Source of the DNA: a bacterium
GTDB lineage: Bacteria; Hinthialibacterota; Hinthialibacteria; Hinthialibacterales; Hinthialibacteraceae
Reading direction: 5' to 3'
NCBI GenBank assembly: GCA_963663405.2
Contig: CAXXSM010000149.1
Location: 1 to 64,000 of the forward strand
Length of the DNA: 64,000 nt
Numbering within the stretch: the stretch's first letter is position 1; every line of letters starts with the position of its first letter. This document shows positions 20,734 to 29,347 of this stretch, one piece after another. Made by a program: the position numbers and the translations under genes. Below the pieces are notes generated by a model. It was given only the letters and a program-made list of their open reading frames with translations. It had not been told where the DNA came from and did no database searches.

Positions 20734-23256
20734 ATGAGAACGCCCTGGTTTTTGTTTTTTTGTCTGCTCTGTTCGATGGCCTTTTCAGATGTGAAGCGAA
20801 TTTATATCGCTTGCGACGATCATACGGATTACTTCTGGACGGCGGATGAAAAGACCTATCATGATGCCTTTGTGCGGATGCTCGATTATTATCTGGATTT
20901 AGCCGATCGCACACGGGATGAGCCACATGAATTCCAGAGCCGTTTTGTTTGCGATGGCTTTTATTGGCTCTGGGTCTATCAGCATGAAAAAAGCCGGGAA
21001 GAGTTTGAACGGCTGATCGAATCTATCCATAGTGGACACATCACGGTTCCCATGAATACGCTGTCCTGTTGTTATGGGGGGACGCCGATGGAAGCGGTAT
21101 TGCGCAGCATGTATTACGCGGGAACTATGCAACGCCGATACGCGCTTCCATTCGATCTGGCTTTGTCCATGGAAAATCAGACCTTGCCTTGGGGACTGAC
21201 GTCTTTATGGGTGGGCTGTGGAGCGGAATACAGCTGGAAGGGGATCTGTAAATGCGCTACACGCATCGATGACGCGGGGGATCGCGAGTATGAAATCTAT
21301 TACTGGACCGGGCCGGACGATCAAAAAATTCTTGTGAAATGGAATTCCATGTTGAAGAATAATATGAGTATGGGGGGATACGCGGAAGCGCGCGATCCCT
21401 GGACCGTGGTACCCTACGCCGCCTCTGATCCTGCGTTTCGCGAGCGGTATCCGTATCCTATTATCGGCTGTTTTGGCAAAGGATGGGATGATTTGGAGAC
21501 TCGTAACGATGAATTTATCCTTGCCGCGAAGGTCCTTACGAATAAAAACCAGCAGGTCATAGTAAGCAATGTCATCGACTTCTTTAAAGATTTTGAAGAA
21601 GACTATGGCTCCAGTCTGCCGGAAATCCGTTACAGTTTTGGGAATGAGTGGGAACTGCTGTACGCCTCTTTAGCGGAGACCGCCGCGGAGGTCAAACGCG
21701 CTATTGAGAAATTACGCTGCGCGGAGGCGATGGCGGCTATTGTAAAAATGCGCGATCCGAATTTTTCGTTGCGTCCAACAATTCGCGAGCAGGCGTTCGT
21801 CGATCTAGGTTTATTTTTTGAACATTGCTGGACGGCGGATGGGCCGGTTCCCGAAGAGGAGCGGGAACGGTGGCAGCGCCGGATGGCCGCCAGTTTTTCA
21901 AACTATGTGAATCAACTCTATGAAGAGGCCGCAGCCGCGTTGGCGGAGTTGATCCCAGCGGATGATACACATACCAGCTTCTATGTATTCAATCCACTGG
22001 GTTGGAATCGGTCAGATTTCGCTGATGTTGATTGCTCAGTTGATGGCTCGTTCCATGTGATCGAGCAAGGCGTAGGTAAAGAAGTACCATTCGAATGGAT
22101 TGAGGAATCCGGGAAACGGCGGCTTCGGATTTGGGCGGAGGATGTCCCGGCTGTGGGATATAAAATTTATGAAATTGTTCCGGGGAAGGGAAGCGGATTT
22201 CCAGCGTGTGGGCGAATCGAGAATAATATTTTGGAAAACGATCGTTATCGATTGCATATCAATTCTGATGGGAGTATTGCGAGTTGGATCGATAAGCGCC
22301 GTCTGCAATATGAACTTGCGGGGCGCGATGGTTCTTTGATCAATCAACTTGGCGCGGCTGCAGGCGCATTGCGGTTGGAGAGCGTAGGGCCGGTTTCTAT
22401 AACCGTCCGGGCTGATGTGGAAGAACCTCTTGAAAGAACGGTTCGGATTACGCTTTACCGGGAGGGAGAGCGAATCGACATCTCCAATGAAATCACAGAG
22501 AATTTTGGCGCGCTTCAATCCTATACGTTTGGATTCAATCTCGCCGCTCCCACCGCTCATCACGAAGAAGTGGGCGCCATCGCCCGTGTGGATTATCAAA
22601 GCAACGGCGGTCAGTACGCTGACCGTTGCGCGCGGTATGATTGGCTGACATTCAACCACTATATCGACATGACAGGGAACGGGGACACCGGTGTCACACT
22701 TTCAAATTGGGATGGTTATTATTTTCGGCTTGGTGATAGCGCAGTGAAGACGCTGGATACATCCAAAGCGGTTGTCCATGCGTTGATTGGTGGGCAGGTG
22801 GATGGGAATCGATTGGGCTTTCACAATCAGGGGGGCGATACATATTTTTTAAATCGATATGCATTGCGCAGTCACAAGAAATACGATCCAGCGGCCGCGA
22901 TGCGTTTCAGTTTGGAACATCAGAATCCGCTGTTGGGTAGAATGATAAAGGGAGGAAAGGATCTGCTTCCAAAAGAAGCGTTCTCCGCCATGCAGATTAC
23001 AAATCCGGATGTTCTGCTTTGGGCTGTAAAACCTGCGGAGCTGGATATCGGGGAAGGGATCGTGGCGCGGTTGTGGAATCAATCGAACAAGCCACAGGTC
23101 ACGGCTGTTCAAATTCCATCGTTACGGAAGGCGAAGGTCGTGTCCCATCTGGAGACGGATCAATCGGCTTTACCGGTCGAGCGGGATGGGATTACAGTGG
23201 ATTTTAAACCACAGCAAATCTGTACATTCCGGTTGATTCTTTCTGATTTGAATTAA
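20734..23256 (+). CDS. Secreted glycoside hydrolase, GH38-like (alpha-mannosidase-type fold)
   Basis: Signal peptide after an AAGGAGG RBS; DDHTDYFW, YYW.GPD..KILV, FFEHCW, VFNPLGW.R, DVPAVGYK.Y, LWAVKPAE...G.VARLWN. Confidence 0.75.
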   Translation: MRTPWFLFFCLLCSMAFSDVKRIYIACDDHTDYFWTADEKTYHDAFVRMLDYYLDLADRTRDEPHEFQSRFVCDGFYWLWVYQHEKSREEFERLIESIHSGHITVPMNTLSCCYGGTPMEAVLRSMYYAGTMQRRYALPFDLALSMENQTLPWGLTSLWVGCGAEYSWKGICKCATRIDDAGDREYEIYYWTGPDDQKILVKWNSMLKNNMSMGGYAEARDPWTVVPYAASDPAFRERYPYPIIGCFGKGWDDLETRNDEFILAAKVLTNKNQQVIVSNVIDFFKDFEEDYGSSLPEIRYSFGNEWELLYASLAETAAEVKRAIEKLRCAEAMAAIVKMRDPNFSLRPTIREQAFVDLGLFFEHCWTADGPVPEEERERWQRRMAASFSNYVNQLYEEAAAALAELIPADDTHTSFYVFNPLGWNRSDFADVDCSVDGSFHVIEQGVGKEVPFEWIEESGKRRLRIWAEDVPAVGYKIYEIVPGKGSGFPACGRIENNILENDRYRLHINSDGSIASWIDKRRLQYELAGRDGSLINQLGAAAGALRLESVGPVSITVRADVEEPLERTVRITLYREGERIDISNEITENFGALQSYTFGFNLAAPTAHHEEVGAIARVDYQSNGGQYADRCARYDWLTFNHYIDMTGNGDTGVTLSNWDGYYFRLGDSAVKTLDTSKAVVHALIGGQVDGNRLGFHNQGGDTYFLNRYALRSHKKYDPAAAMRFSLEHQNPLLGRMIKGGKDLLPKEAFSAMQITNPDVLLWAVKPAELDIGEGIVARLWNQSNKPQVTAVQIPSLRKAKVVSHLETDQSALPVERDGITVDFKPQQICTFRLILSDLN

Positions 23257-23274
23257 TCGCTGAAAGCGATTTTT
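23255..23274. terminator. Short hairpin between convergent genes, possible bidirectional terminator
   Basis: aatcgct-gaa-agcgatt followed by ttt. Confidence 0.45.
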
Positions 23275-25802
23275 CAATCATGAAGGAAATAGTCCGAAAC
23301 GGCTGTTGGGCTGGTTTCTCCCAGCGCGTAGGCGAAAATCCGGTTCATTAAGTCTATTCCCTCTGGTGTCAGTGACGTGAATGCGTTCGTATCCATCAAC
23401 CAGGCGCCGATTCGCAATCCTGGTGACGTGATGTTGTTGACTGTGGCTCCTTTTTCTTGCACCCACAGAAGCGCGCGATTAGGATTGCCGGGTTCCGTGG
23501 CGAGTACGGTGACGCCACTGGGTGGATTGTCTAAGTAACCGGTCGATAGAGAACGGCTTGTTATTGGGAGAACGCCTAAAGGCAATCCTTGTGTGATGGG
23601 GTGTGTGTTGTTTATGATTTCGATCTCGCTGCCCCGGCTCGATCCGGAACCGATATCCGGTTGGAAGGTGAAATCATCATGCAGTAGCCCTTCCCCGTTG
23701 ACAATGGGGCTTTCGCTGGTTTGGTAGTTCATGTCGATCAAGTATTGTGGGTATACCGTCGCGCTGACATAGGTCAAATCGGCGCCGGTGAGATCGGCGG
23801 GCATTTCGTATCCGGGCTCATTCGTGCAATCATATTCATGAACGTTCAAACCAAAATAGGTTCGCAGATGCGTGACAATCGCGTCGTCGTCTTCAAGATT
23901 CTGGGCGGACAATCGCCTAAATAGATAGGATTGTTTTCCCGTAAGTGGTTTGGCGACAATCAATGCTGTATCGCCTGCCATATCAACTGGCGGATCTGAA
24001 CCAATGACGAGATTTCCGGAAAATAATTTTGGCCCAAGCACATCTGTCTCGGATTGCACTTCGTATTGAAGAGTTACAGATGATTCACTGACACCTGATA
24101 GATCCCATGTGATACTGCCATCCGTGTTTACATTGGCCGTTGTGCCTGCAGGGGGATTAAGGTTACTCGCCGTGAAGCCTTCAGGTGGTGTTTCCTGCAC
24201 GGTGGATTGAGTGGGAATGCCCATAGCGGTGTTGAACAGAACCGTAATCTCAATTGGAGATTGGACGGCGCCGACATCAACGATGGAATTTTGAATCCTG
24301 CGATTCATTTCCGCTCTCATCAGAATATCGATGCTATTCAACGTGACATCGGGATTGTTGGTGACTGCGAGCCAATCGATACTTGCGCCGGATTCACGAT
24401 TGGCGAGGTAGATGTAATGTTCACCCGCGGTGAGTTCAAATGGGCGTGGGTTGAGTGCAGGATCTTCGCAGCTGACCCAGTCTCGTTCGAACCGTTTGTT
24501 GCTATTAATATTCCAACGTGAAGACTCATCGCCTGCCGGTGGATCGTCTACTCCGAAATGAAAGGAGTCGCTGTTTCCTTGTTCTCCACGAATGTAGGCA
24601 AAGAAATAATACGTTCCGTCTTCTGGAATCTCGATGGTGAAATCCATAATCGAGGAGGAAGAACCGTTCATCGAAACGGCGGTCACTCCATTGTCGGATC
24701 GTGGATCAATCATCAATCCGAAATCGGCTTCATCGTAGCGGAATCCTTGTTCGGCTTGGATGACCGTGGGGAAATTTGGATCGACAACGAAAGGATCCAC
24801 TGGAGGATCAAACTCCGGTGTTTGAGGAAGGAGAAAATCGCCGCCAATGTAATTAACGCGTCTTTCACCATCATCGAATGTTCCCTTCCAGACCGCTGTA
24901 TCGGTTTCACCTAAAGTGAGATCGTAGGTTAACACCGCTTCGCCGGATAGGTCATTTAACGTCCAATCGAATGAACCATCGGAATTTTGCGCGATCTCTC
25001 CCGCGGTGACTTGAATGTTCGAGGCGGTGGAATTCCGGGGGATGATTTCGTTGACAACCGTGCTGAAGGTTTGTCCATCACGCACTTGGGCGGTGATCGT
25101 GATTGGGGTGAGAGTGGCGCCCGGTTCCATATCTTCCGTGGGGATGTTTCGGTATACATGCAATGGAAGTTCTTCGATCGTGACATCTTCAAATTCGAAT
25201 AGTCCGAGAGCGCTGTCATTTTCCGCGCTGGCCGCTAAGCCAACCATGACGGGATCTTGCAAGGGAAGGACTTCAGTTTGCAGAAGCGATTTTCTACCTC
25301 GTACGAAAGTATAGAGATGAACGCTGTTCCCGACTCGTTCCAGGCGAAACGCATCGCTGTAAGCAGTTGCATCGTCATCGTCCGCTTTCGTCCCTCCACC
25401 TTTGAGGGTTCGAAATACTGGAAAAACCGTTGAATCTCCTCCTGAAGCGAGACCACCTGTTAATAGAATTGAAACATGAGCGGAATCCGGATCTGAATCT
25501 TGACGGAGCATTAATCCTCCCCGGCCAATATCTTCAAGAGGAATCGGCAGGGCTTGGATGGCGAAACTGCCGGACATTTCTTTATACACATAGTGGAAAT
25601 GATCGGTGAAACTATCATCGCTGATAGTCGCGCCGACCGCGTCCACTTCGTAAATCCCTGTATTTTCGTCATAGTCCGCAATCCCCGGAATCGAGGGATC
25701 ACCAATGTCGATGTGATCGTCAAAAATCCCTAGCGGTTCCTGCGCGTGAACACCGGATGCAAACAAAAAAAGGACAGTGAAACAGAAAAATCTTGTTCTC
25801 AT
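23274..25802 (-). CDS. Secreted multidomain beta-sandwich protein (CBM-like) with C-terminal TAVSDYFLHD motif
   Basis: Signal peptide, acidic beta-rich domains (GLMLRQ..D.DSAH; QAEQG..; NSDSFH.GVD), C-terminal GATase-like segment; AAGGAG RBS. Confidence 0.75.
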   Translation of the reverse strand: MRTRFFCFTVLFLFASGVHAQEPLGIFDDHIDIGDPSIPGIADYDENTGIYEVDAVGATISDDSFTDHFHYVYKEMSGSFAIQALPIPLEDIGRGGLMLRQDSDPDSAHVSILLTGGLASGGDSTVFPVFRTLKGGGTKADDDDATAYSDAFRLERVGNSVHLYTFVRGRKSLLQTEVLPLQDPVMVGLAASAENDSALGLFEFEDVTIEELPLHVYRNIPTEDMEPGATLTPITITAQVRDGQTFSTVVNEIIPRNSTASNIQVTAGEIAQNSDGSFDWTLNDLSGEAVLTYDLTLGETDTAVWKGTFDDGERRVNYIGGDFLLPQTPEFDPPVDPFVVDPNFPTVIQAEQGFRYDEADFGLMIDPRSDNGVTAVSMNGSSSSIMDFTIEIPEDGTYYFFAYIRGEQGNSDSFHFGVDDPPAGDESSRWNINSNKRFERDWVSCEDPALNPRPFELTAGEHYIYLANRESGASIDWLAVTNNPDVTLNSIDILMRAEMNRRIQNSIVDVGAVQSPIEITVLFNTAMGIPTQSTVQETPPEGFTASNLNPPAGTTANVNTDGSITWDLSGVSESSVTLQYEVQSETDVLGPKLFSGNLVIGSDPPVDMAGDTALIVAKPLTGKQSYLFRRLSAQNLEDDDAIVTHLRTYFGLNVHEYDCTNEPGYEMPADLTGADLTYVSATVYPQYLIDMNYQTSESPIVNGEGLLHDDFTFQPDIGSGSSRGSEIEIINNTHPITQGLPLGVLPITSRSLSTGYLDNPPSGVTVLATEPGNPNRALLWVQEKGATVNNITSPGLRIGAWLMDTNAFTSLTPEGIDLMNRIFAYALGETSPTAVSDYFLHD

Positions 25803-25927
25803 GATTCTCTCCTTTCAGAAATGAATTGTGGTTAAGAATTGGATGATTTTTTTAGTAGATCGCTTAAATTTGTTTATAAAGTATGAAGAGGGAAAAGTCA
25901 ACCTAAGTTTTATATATCGGTGGATAA

Positions 25928-27433
25928 TTATTCGGCGAATTGGAGAGGGCGGTTTGTGCGCGTGGGATTCCATTTTCCGCGCCATAGAGGTTCGATCATC
26001 TCTTGGTTGATTGAATTTAGTATTTGTCGCATGGATTCCGCCCGTTGGGGATGCTTTGAAATGAAATCCTGTGTTTCTGCGATATCTTCCTTCAGATTGA
26101 AGAGTTGAAACCGGCCTTCTTCACCCCATTTCTCGCTTTGCCGGATCAATTTCCAATCACCTTGGCGCAACGCGATATTGGTTCCACTTCGCCAGAATAA
26201 GAGGTTGTGAGGAGCGCCTTTTTGGCCATCCCGCAGATAGGGGAGAAGATTGACGCCGTCCAGGCTTGCGGGGATTTTCGTCTCCGCGCCGCAGGCCGCC
26301 AAAGCGGTTGGCAGGCAATCCAACGCGCAAATTGGTTGTGAATAGGTAATCCCTTCTGGCAGCGTTCCTTTCCATTGCATGAGGAACGGGATCCTGATTC
26401 CTCCTTCGAATAGTTTTCCTTTTCCTCCACGCAGAGGTTTGTTGCTGGATGTCAATTCTTTGGTAGGGCCTCCGTTGTCGCTGTAGAAATAGATCAATGT
26501 GTCTCGTTCGAGATTCAGTTTGCGCAATGTAAATAATAATTTTCCTACATTGTCATCCAGATTCGAGACCATTGCAGCAAAGACGCGGCGTTGAACGTCT
26601 TTGATATGTTCAAATTTCTTCATGTATTCATTCGGCGCCTGGAGAGGGCTGTGGGGGGAATTATAGGCCAGGTAGAGAAAAAAAGGTTTTTCTTTTTGGC
26701 GTTCTATAAAACTGATAGATTCTCGAGTCAGAGCGTCCGTGAGGTATTCCTCTTCAACAACTGGTTTTTCTCCACGCAGGATGGGATTCTCCAAGTCGTA
26801 TTGGCATTCATCATAATGGAAATGGTCGTTGAAATAGAATCGTCCTTTGTGTAAAGGGGCTTTTGTTTCCGGCGGCATTTGGGTGATTCGCAGATAGGAT
26901 GTGACGCCTTCGTAGGGAGGTGGAACATAATAATGGCCTTCGTGCAGGAAACCATAAAACTCATCGAATCCACGTTGGAGGGGGTGGTAAGGATGAGAAC
27001 CGCCCAAGTGCCATTTGCCCATTAAGCCTGTAATATAGCCTTCGTTTTTCAGCGCATCCGCCATTGTGGTTTCGGATAGGGGCAGTCCAATTCCTTCTTC
27101 GTTGTTTTGCGGGCCGATAGAGTTGAACTCATGGCCGAATCGTGTCTGGTATCGACCTGTCATCAAACCTGCTCTTGATGGACAGCAGACGGAAGCGCTG
27201 ACATAACCGTCTGTAAAACGTATACCGTTGGCGGCGATCGAATCGATGTTGGGAGTGGGAATGTCTGTATTGCCTTGGCAGCCTAGTTCGGCATATCCAA
27301 GATCGTCGACGACGATCATAAGAATGTTAGGCTTACGCTTTTGAGACGCGGCTGATAGTCCCTGCGTTTGTCCCGCCGCTCCCGCCAACGCCGCGCAACT
27401 CATCCATCGTAAAAAATCCCGCCGTGTATTCAT
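25928..27433 (-). CDS. Formylglycine-dependent (S1) sulfatase, Tat signal
   Basis: TRRDFL Tat motif; PNILMIVVDDLGY, CCPSRAGLMTGRY, GKWHLG, SDNGG, GGKG.LFEGGIRIP. Confidence 0.95.
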   Translation of the reverse strand: MNTRRDFLRWMSCAALAGAAGQTQGLSAASQKRKPNILMIVVDDLGYAELGCQGNTDIPTPNIDSIAANGIRFTDGYVSASVCCPSRAGLMTGRYQTRFGHEFNSIGPQNNEEGIGLPLSETTMADALKNEGYITGLMGKWHLGGSHPYHPLQRGFDEFYGFLHEGHYYVPPPYEGVTSYLRITQMPPETKAPLHKGRFYFNDHFHYDECQYDLENPILRGEKPVVEEEYLTDALTRESISFIERQKEKPFFLYLAYNSPHSPLQAPNEYMKKFEHIKDVQRRVFAAMVSNLDDNVGKLLFTLRKLNLERDTLIYFYSDNGGPTKELTSSNKPLRGGKGKLFEGGIRIPFLMQWKGTLPEGITYSQPICALDCLPTALAACGAETKIPASLDGVNLLPYLRDGQKGAPHNLLFWRSGTNIALRQGDWKLIRQSEKWGEEGRFQLFNLKEDIAETQDFISKHPQRAESMRQILNSINQEMIEPLWRGKWNPTRTNRPLQFAE

Positions 27434-27527
27434 GTTTGCCTCCCGAATTGGATTCACTCATCCTTTTAGTGATTTGATTTTTTTGGTAGACTGGAGAAAA
27501 TCAACGACTGCTTTGTGAGGTTTAAAA

Positions 27528-28979
27528 ATGAAACGCCGTGATTTTCTCAAAACGACTTTGTTGTCTAGTCTCGCCGCGCCGGTCTGGGCGGATTCTCAGA
27601 AACAGAAACTCAATTTCGTATTTATCTTAGTCGACGATTTAGGCTGGACCGATGTAGGCTGTTTCGGTAGTTCGTTTTATGAAACACCCAACATTGACCG
27701 CTTTCGCGCTTCGGCGATGAAATTCACCCAAGCTTACGCCGCCTGTCCCGTCTGTTCGCCCACCCGCGCCAGTATTATGACGGGGAAATATCCTGTCCGG
27801 ACGGGGATTACTGATTACATCAATCCTCCGGGCAGAAATCAACCGGAACAATGGAATCGGAATACGAAATTGCTGCCCGCTTCGTATTCGGACCATCTTG
27901 AATTGGGAGAAATCACTCTGGCGGAAGCGTTAAAGCAAGCGGGATACGCGACCTTCTTCGCTGGGAAATGGCATCTTGGTTCGGAAGGATTCTGGCCGGA
28001 AGATCAAGGTTTTGATATCAATAAAGGGGGGATTGATAGAGGGGGGCCTTATGGTGGAAACAAGTATTTCTCGCCCTATGGCAATCCCCGTTTGGAGGAT
28101 GGTCCGGAAGGAGAACATCTTCCTGACCGTCTCGCTGCCGAGACATCGAAATTCATTGAAGCGAATAAAGAACATCCATTCTTCGCCTATCTCTCGTTTT
28201 ATTCCGTGCATACCCCATTGATGGCGAGAGAAGATTTAAAGAAAAAATATGAGAAAAAGGCGGAACAGTTGGATCCCGATCGTGTCGTTTGGGGAAAGGA
28301 AGGCGCGAATAAATTGCGATTGGTTCAGGATCACGCTGTATTCGCGGGTATGGTGGAAGCGATGGATCAGGCGGTTGGCAAGGTGCTTGATACGCTTAAA
28401 CGAAATGGATTAGAGGACAATACAGTCGTTTTCTTTATGTCGGATAATGGGGGGTTGTCCACGTCAGAAGGTCATCCAACATCGAACCTGCCTCTGCGCG
28501 CGGGGAAAGGGTGGGTCTACGAAGGAGGGATCCGCGAACCGATGATTGCGCGCGTGCCGGGCGTCACTCGCGCGGGAAGTGAATGCTCTTGGCCGATCAT
28601 GAGCACAGATTTTTATCCTACAATTTTTGAACTGGCTGGGATTCCGTTGCAACAGGAAAACAAGATCGACGGAGTCAGTTTCTTACCATTGTTGCAAGGG
28701 AAAGCGATGGAACGCGGTCCACTCTTCTGGCATTATCCTCATTACAGCAATCAGGGTGGAGGGCCATCCGGCGCTGTCCGCGAGCGGGATTGGAAATTGA
28801 TTGAATGGTACGAAGACGGCCGGTTGGAATTGTACAATCTTCATGATGATATAGGAGAGAAAAACAATTTAGTGGACGCGTATCCCAATATTAGAAGAAC
28901 TCTGCACACGAAATTGAAGCAATGGCGGAGAGAAACGGGCGCCAAAATGCCAACGGCGAATCCGAGTTATAAGCCGTGA
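27528..28979 (+). CDS. Formylglycine-dependent (S1) sulfatase, Tat signal
   Basis: MKRRDFL; NFVFILVDDLGW, CSPTRASIMTGKYP, GKWHLG, SDNGG, RAGKGWVYEGGIREP, WHYPHY. Confidence 0.95.
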   Translation: MKRRDFLKTTLLSSLAAPVWADSQKQKLNFVFILVDDLGWTDVGCFGSSFYETPNIDRFRASAMKFTQAYAACPVCSPTRASIMTGKYPVRTGITDYINPPGRNQPEQWNRNTKLLPASYSDHLELGEITLAEALKQAGYATFFAGKWHLGSEGFWPEDQGFDINKGGIDRGGPYGGNKYFSPYGNPRLEDGPEGEHLPDRLAAETSKFIEANKEHPFFAYLSFYSVHTPLMAREDLKKKYEKKAEQLDPDRVVWGKEGANKLRLVQDHAVFAGMVEAMDQAVGKVLDTLKRNGLEDNTVVFFMSDNGGLSTSEGHPTSNLPLRAGKGWVYEGGIREPMIARVPGVTRAGSECSWPIMSTDFYPTIFELAGIPLQQENKIDGVSFLPLLQGKAMERGPLFWHYPHYSNQGGGPSGAVRERDWKLIEWYEDGRLELYNLHDDIGEKNNLVDAYPNIRRTLHTKLKQWRRETGAKMPTANPSYKP

Positions 28980-29031
28980 TGTCTTATAATCGATGGGCTT
29001 AGAGCGTGAAGTTGGGGGATTGCTATGAATT

Positions 29032-29251
29032 TTTTTGTCTGAATCAGGATGGCCAGGATTTGTAGGATAGACAGGATTTTTATTTAGTACGATCTACGGT
29101 TCATTCTGATCATCTGGAATGTATTACTCTTTTTTCCCCCGATATAAACGATAAGTGTTTAGACTCTGGATACTCCAAATATAAGGGATAAATTATTACG
29201 TTTTTATCCTAAAAATCCTGACCATCCTGTCTATCCTGATTCAGACAAAAA
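29032..29251. repeat. Inverted-repeat element with 9-bp-periodic AGGAT arms
   Basis: Left arm tttttgtctgaatcaggatggccaggatttgtaggatagacaggat; right arm atcctaaaaatcctgaccatcctgtctatcctgattcagacaaaaa; ~120-bp spacer. Confidence 0.8.
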
Positions 29252-29347
29252 TAAACTCCACTGTTCCTATTGATCCCTGTGGCATTTAATGATATGTTTG
29301 ATCTTAACTTAGTGCGTTAAGTGATTGGTGTTGAAAGGAGAGTTCTG

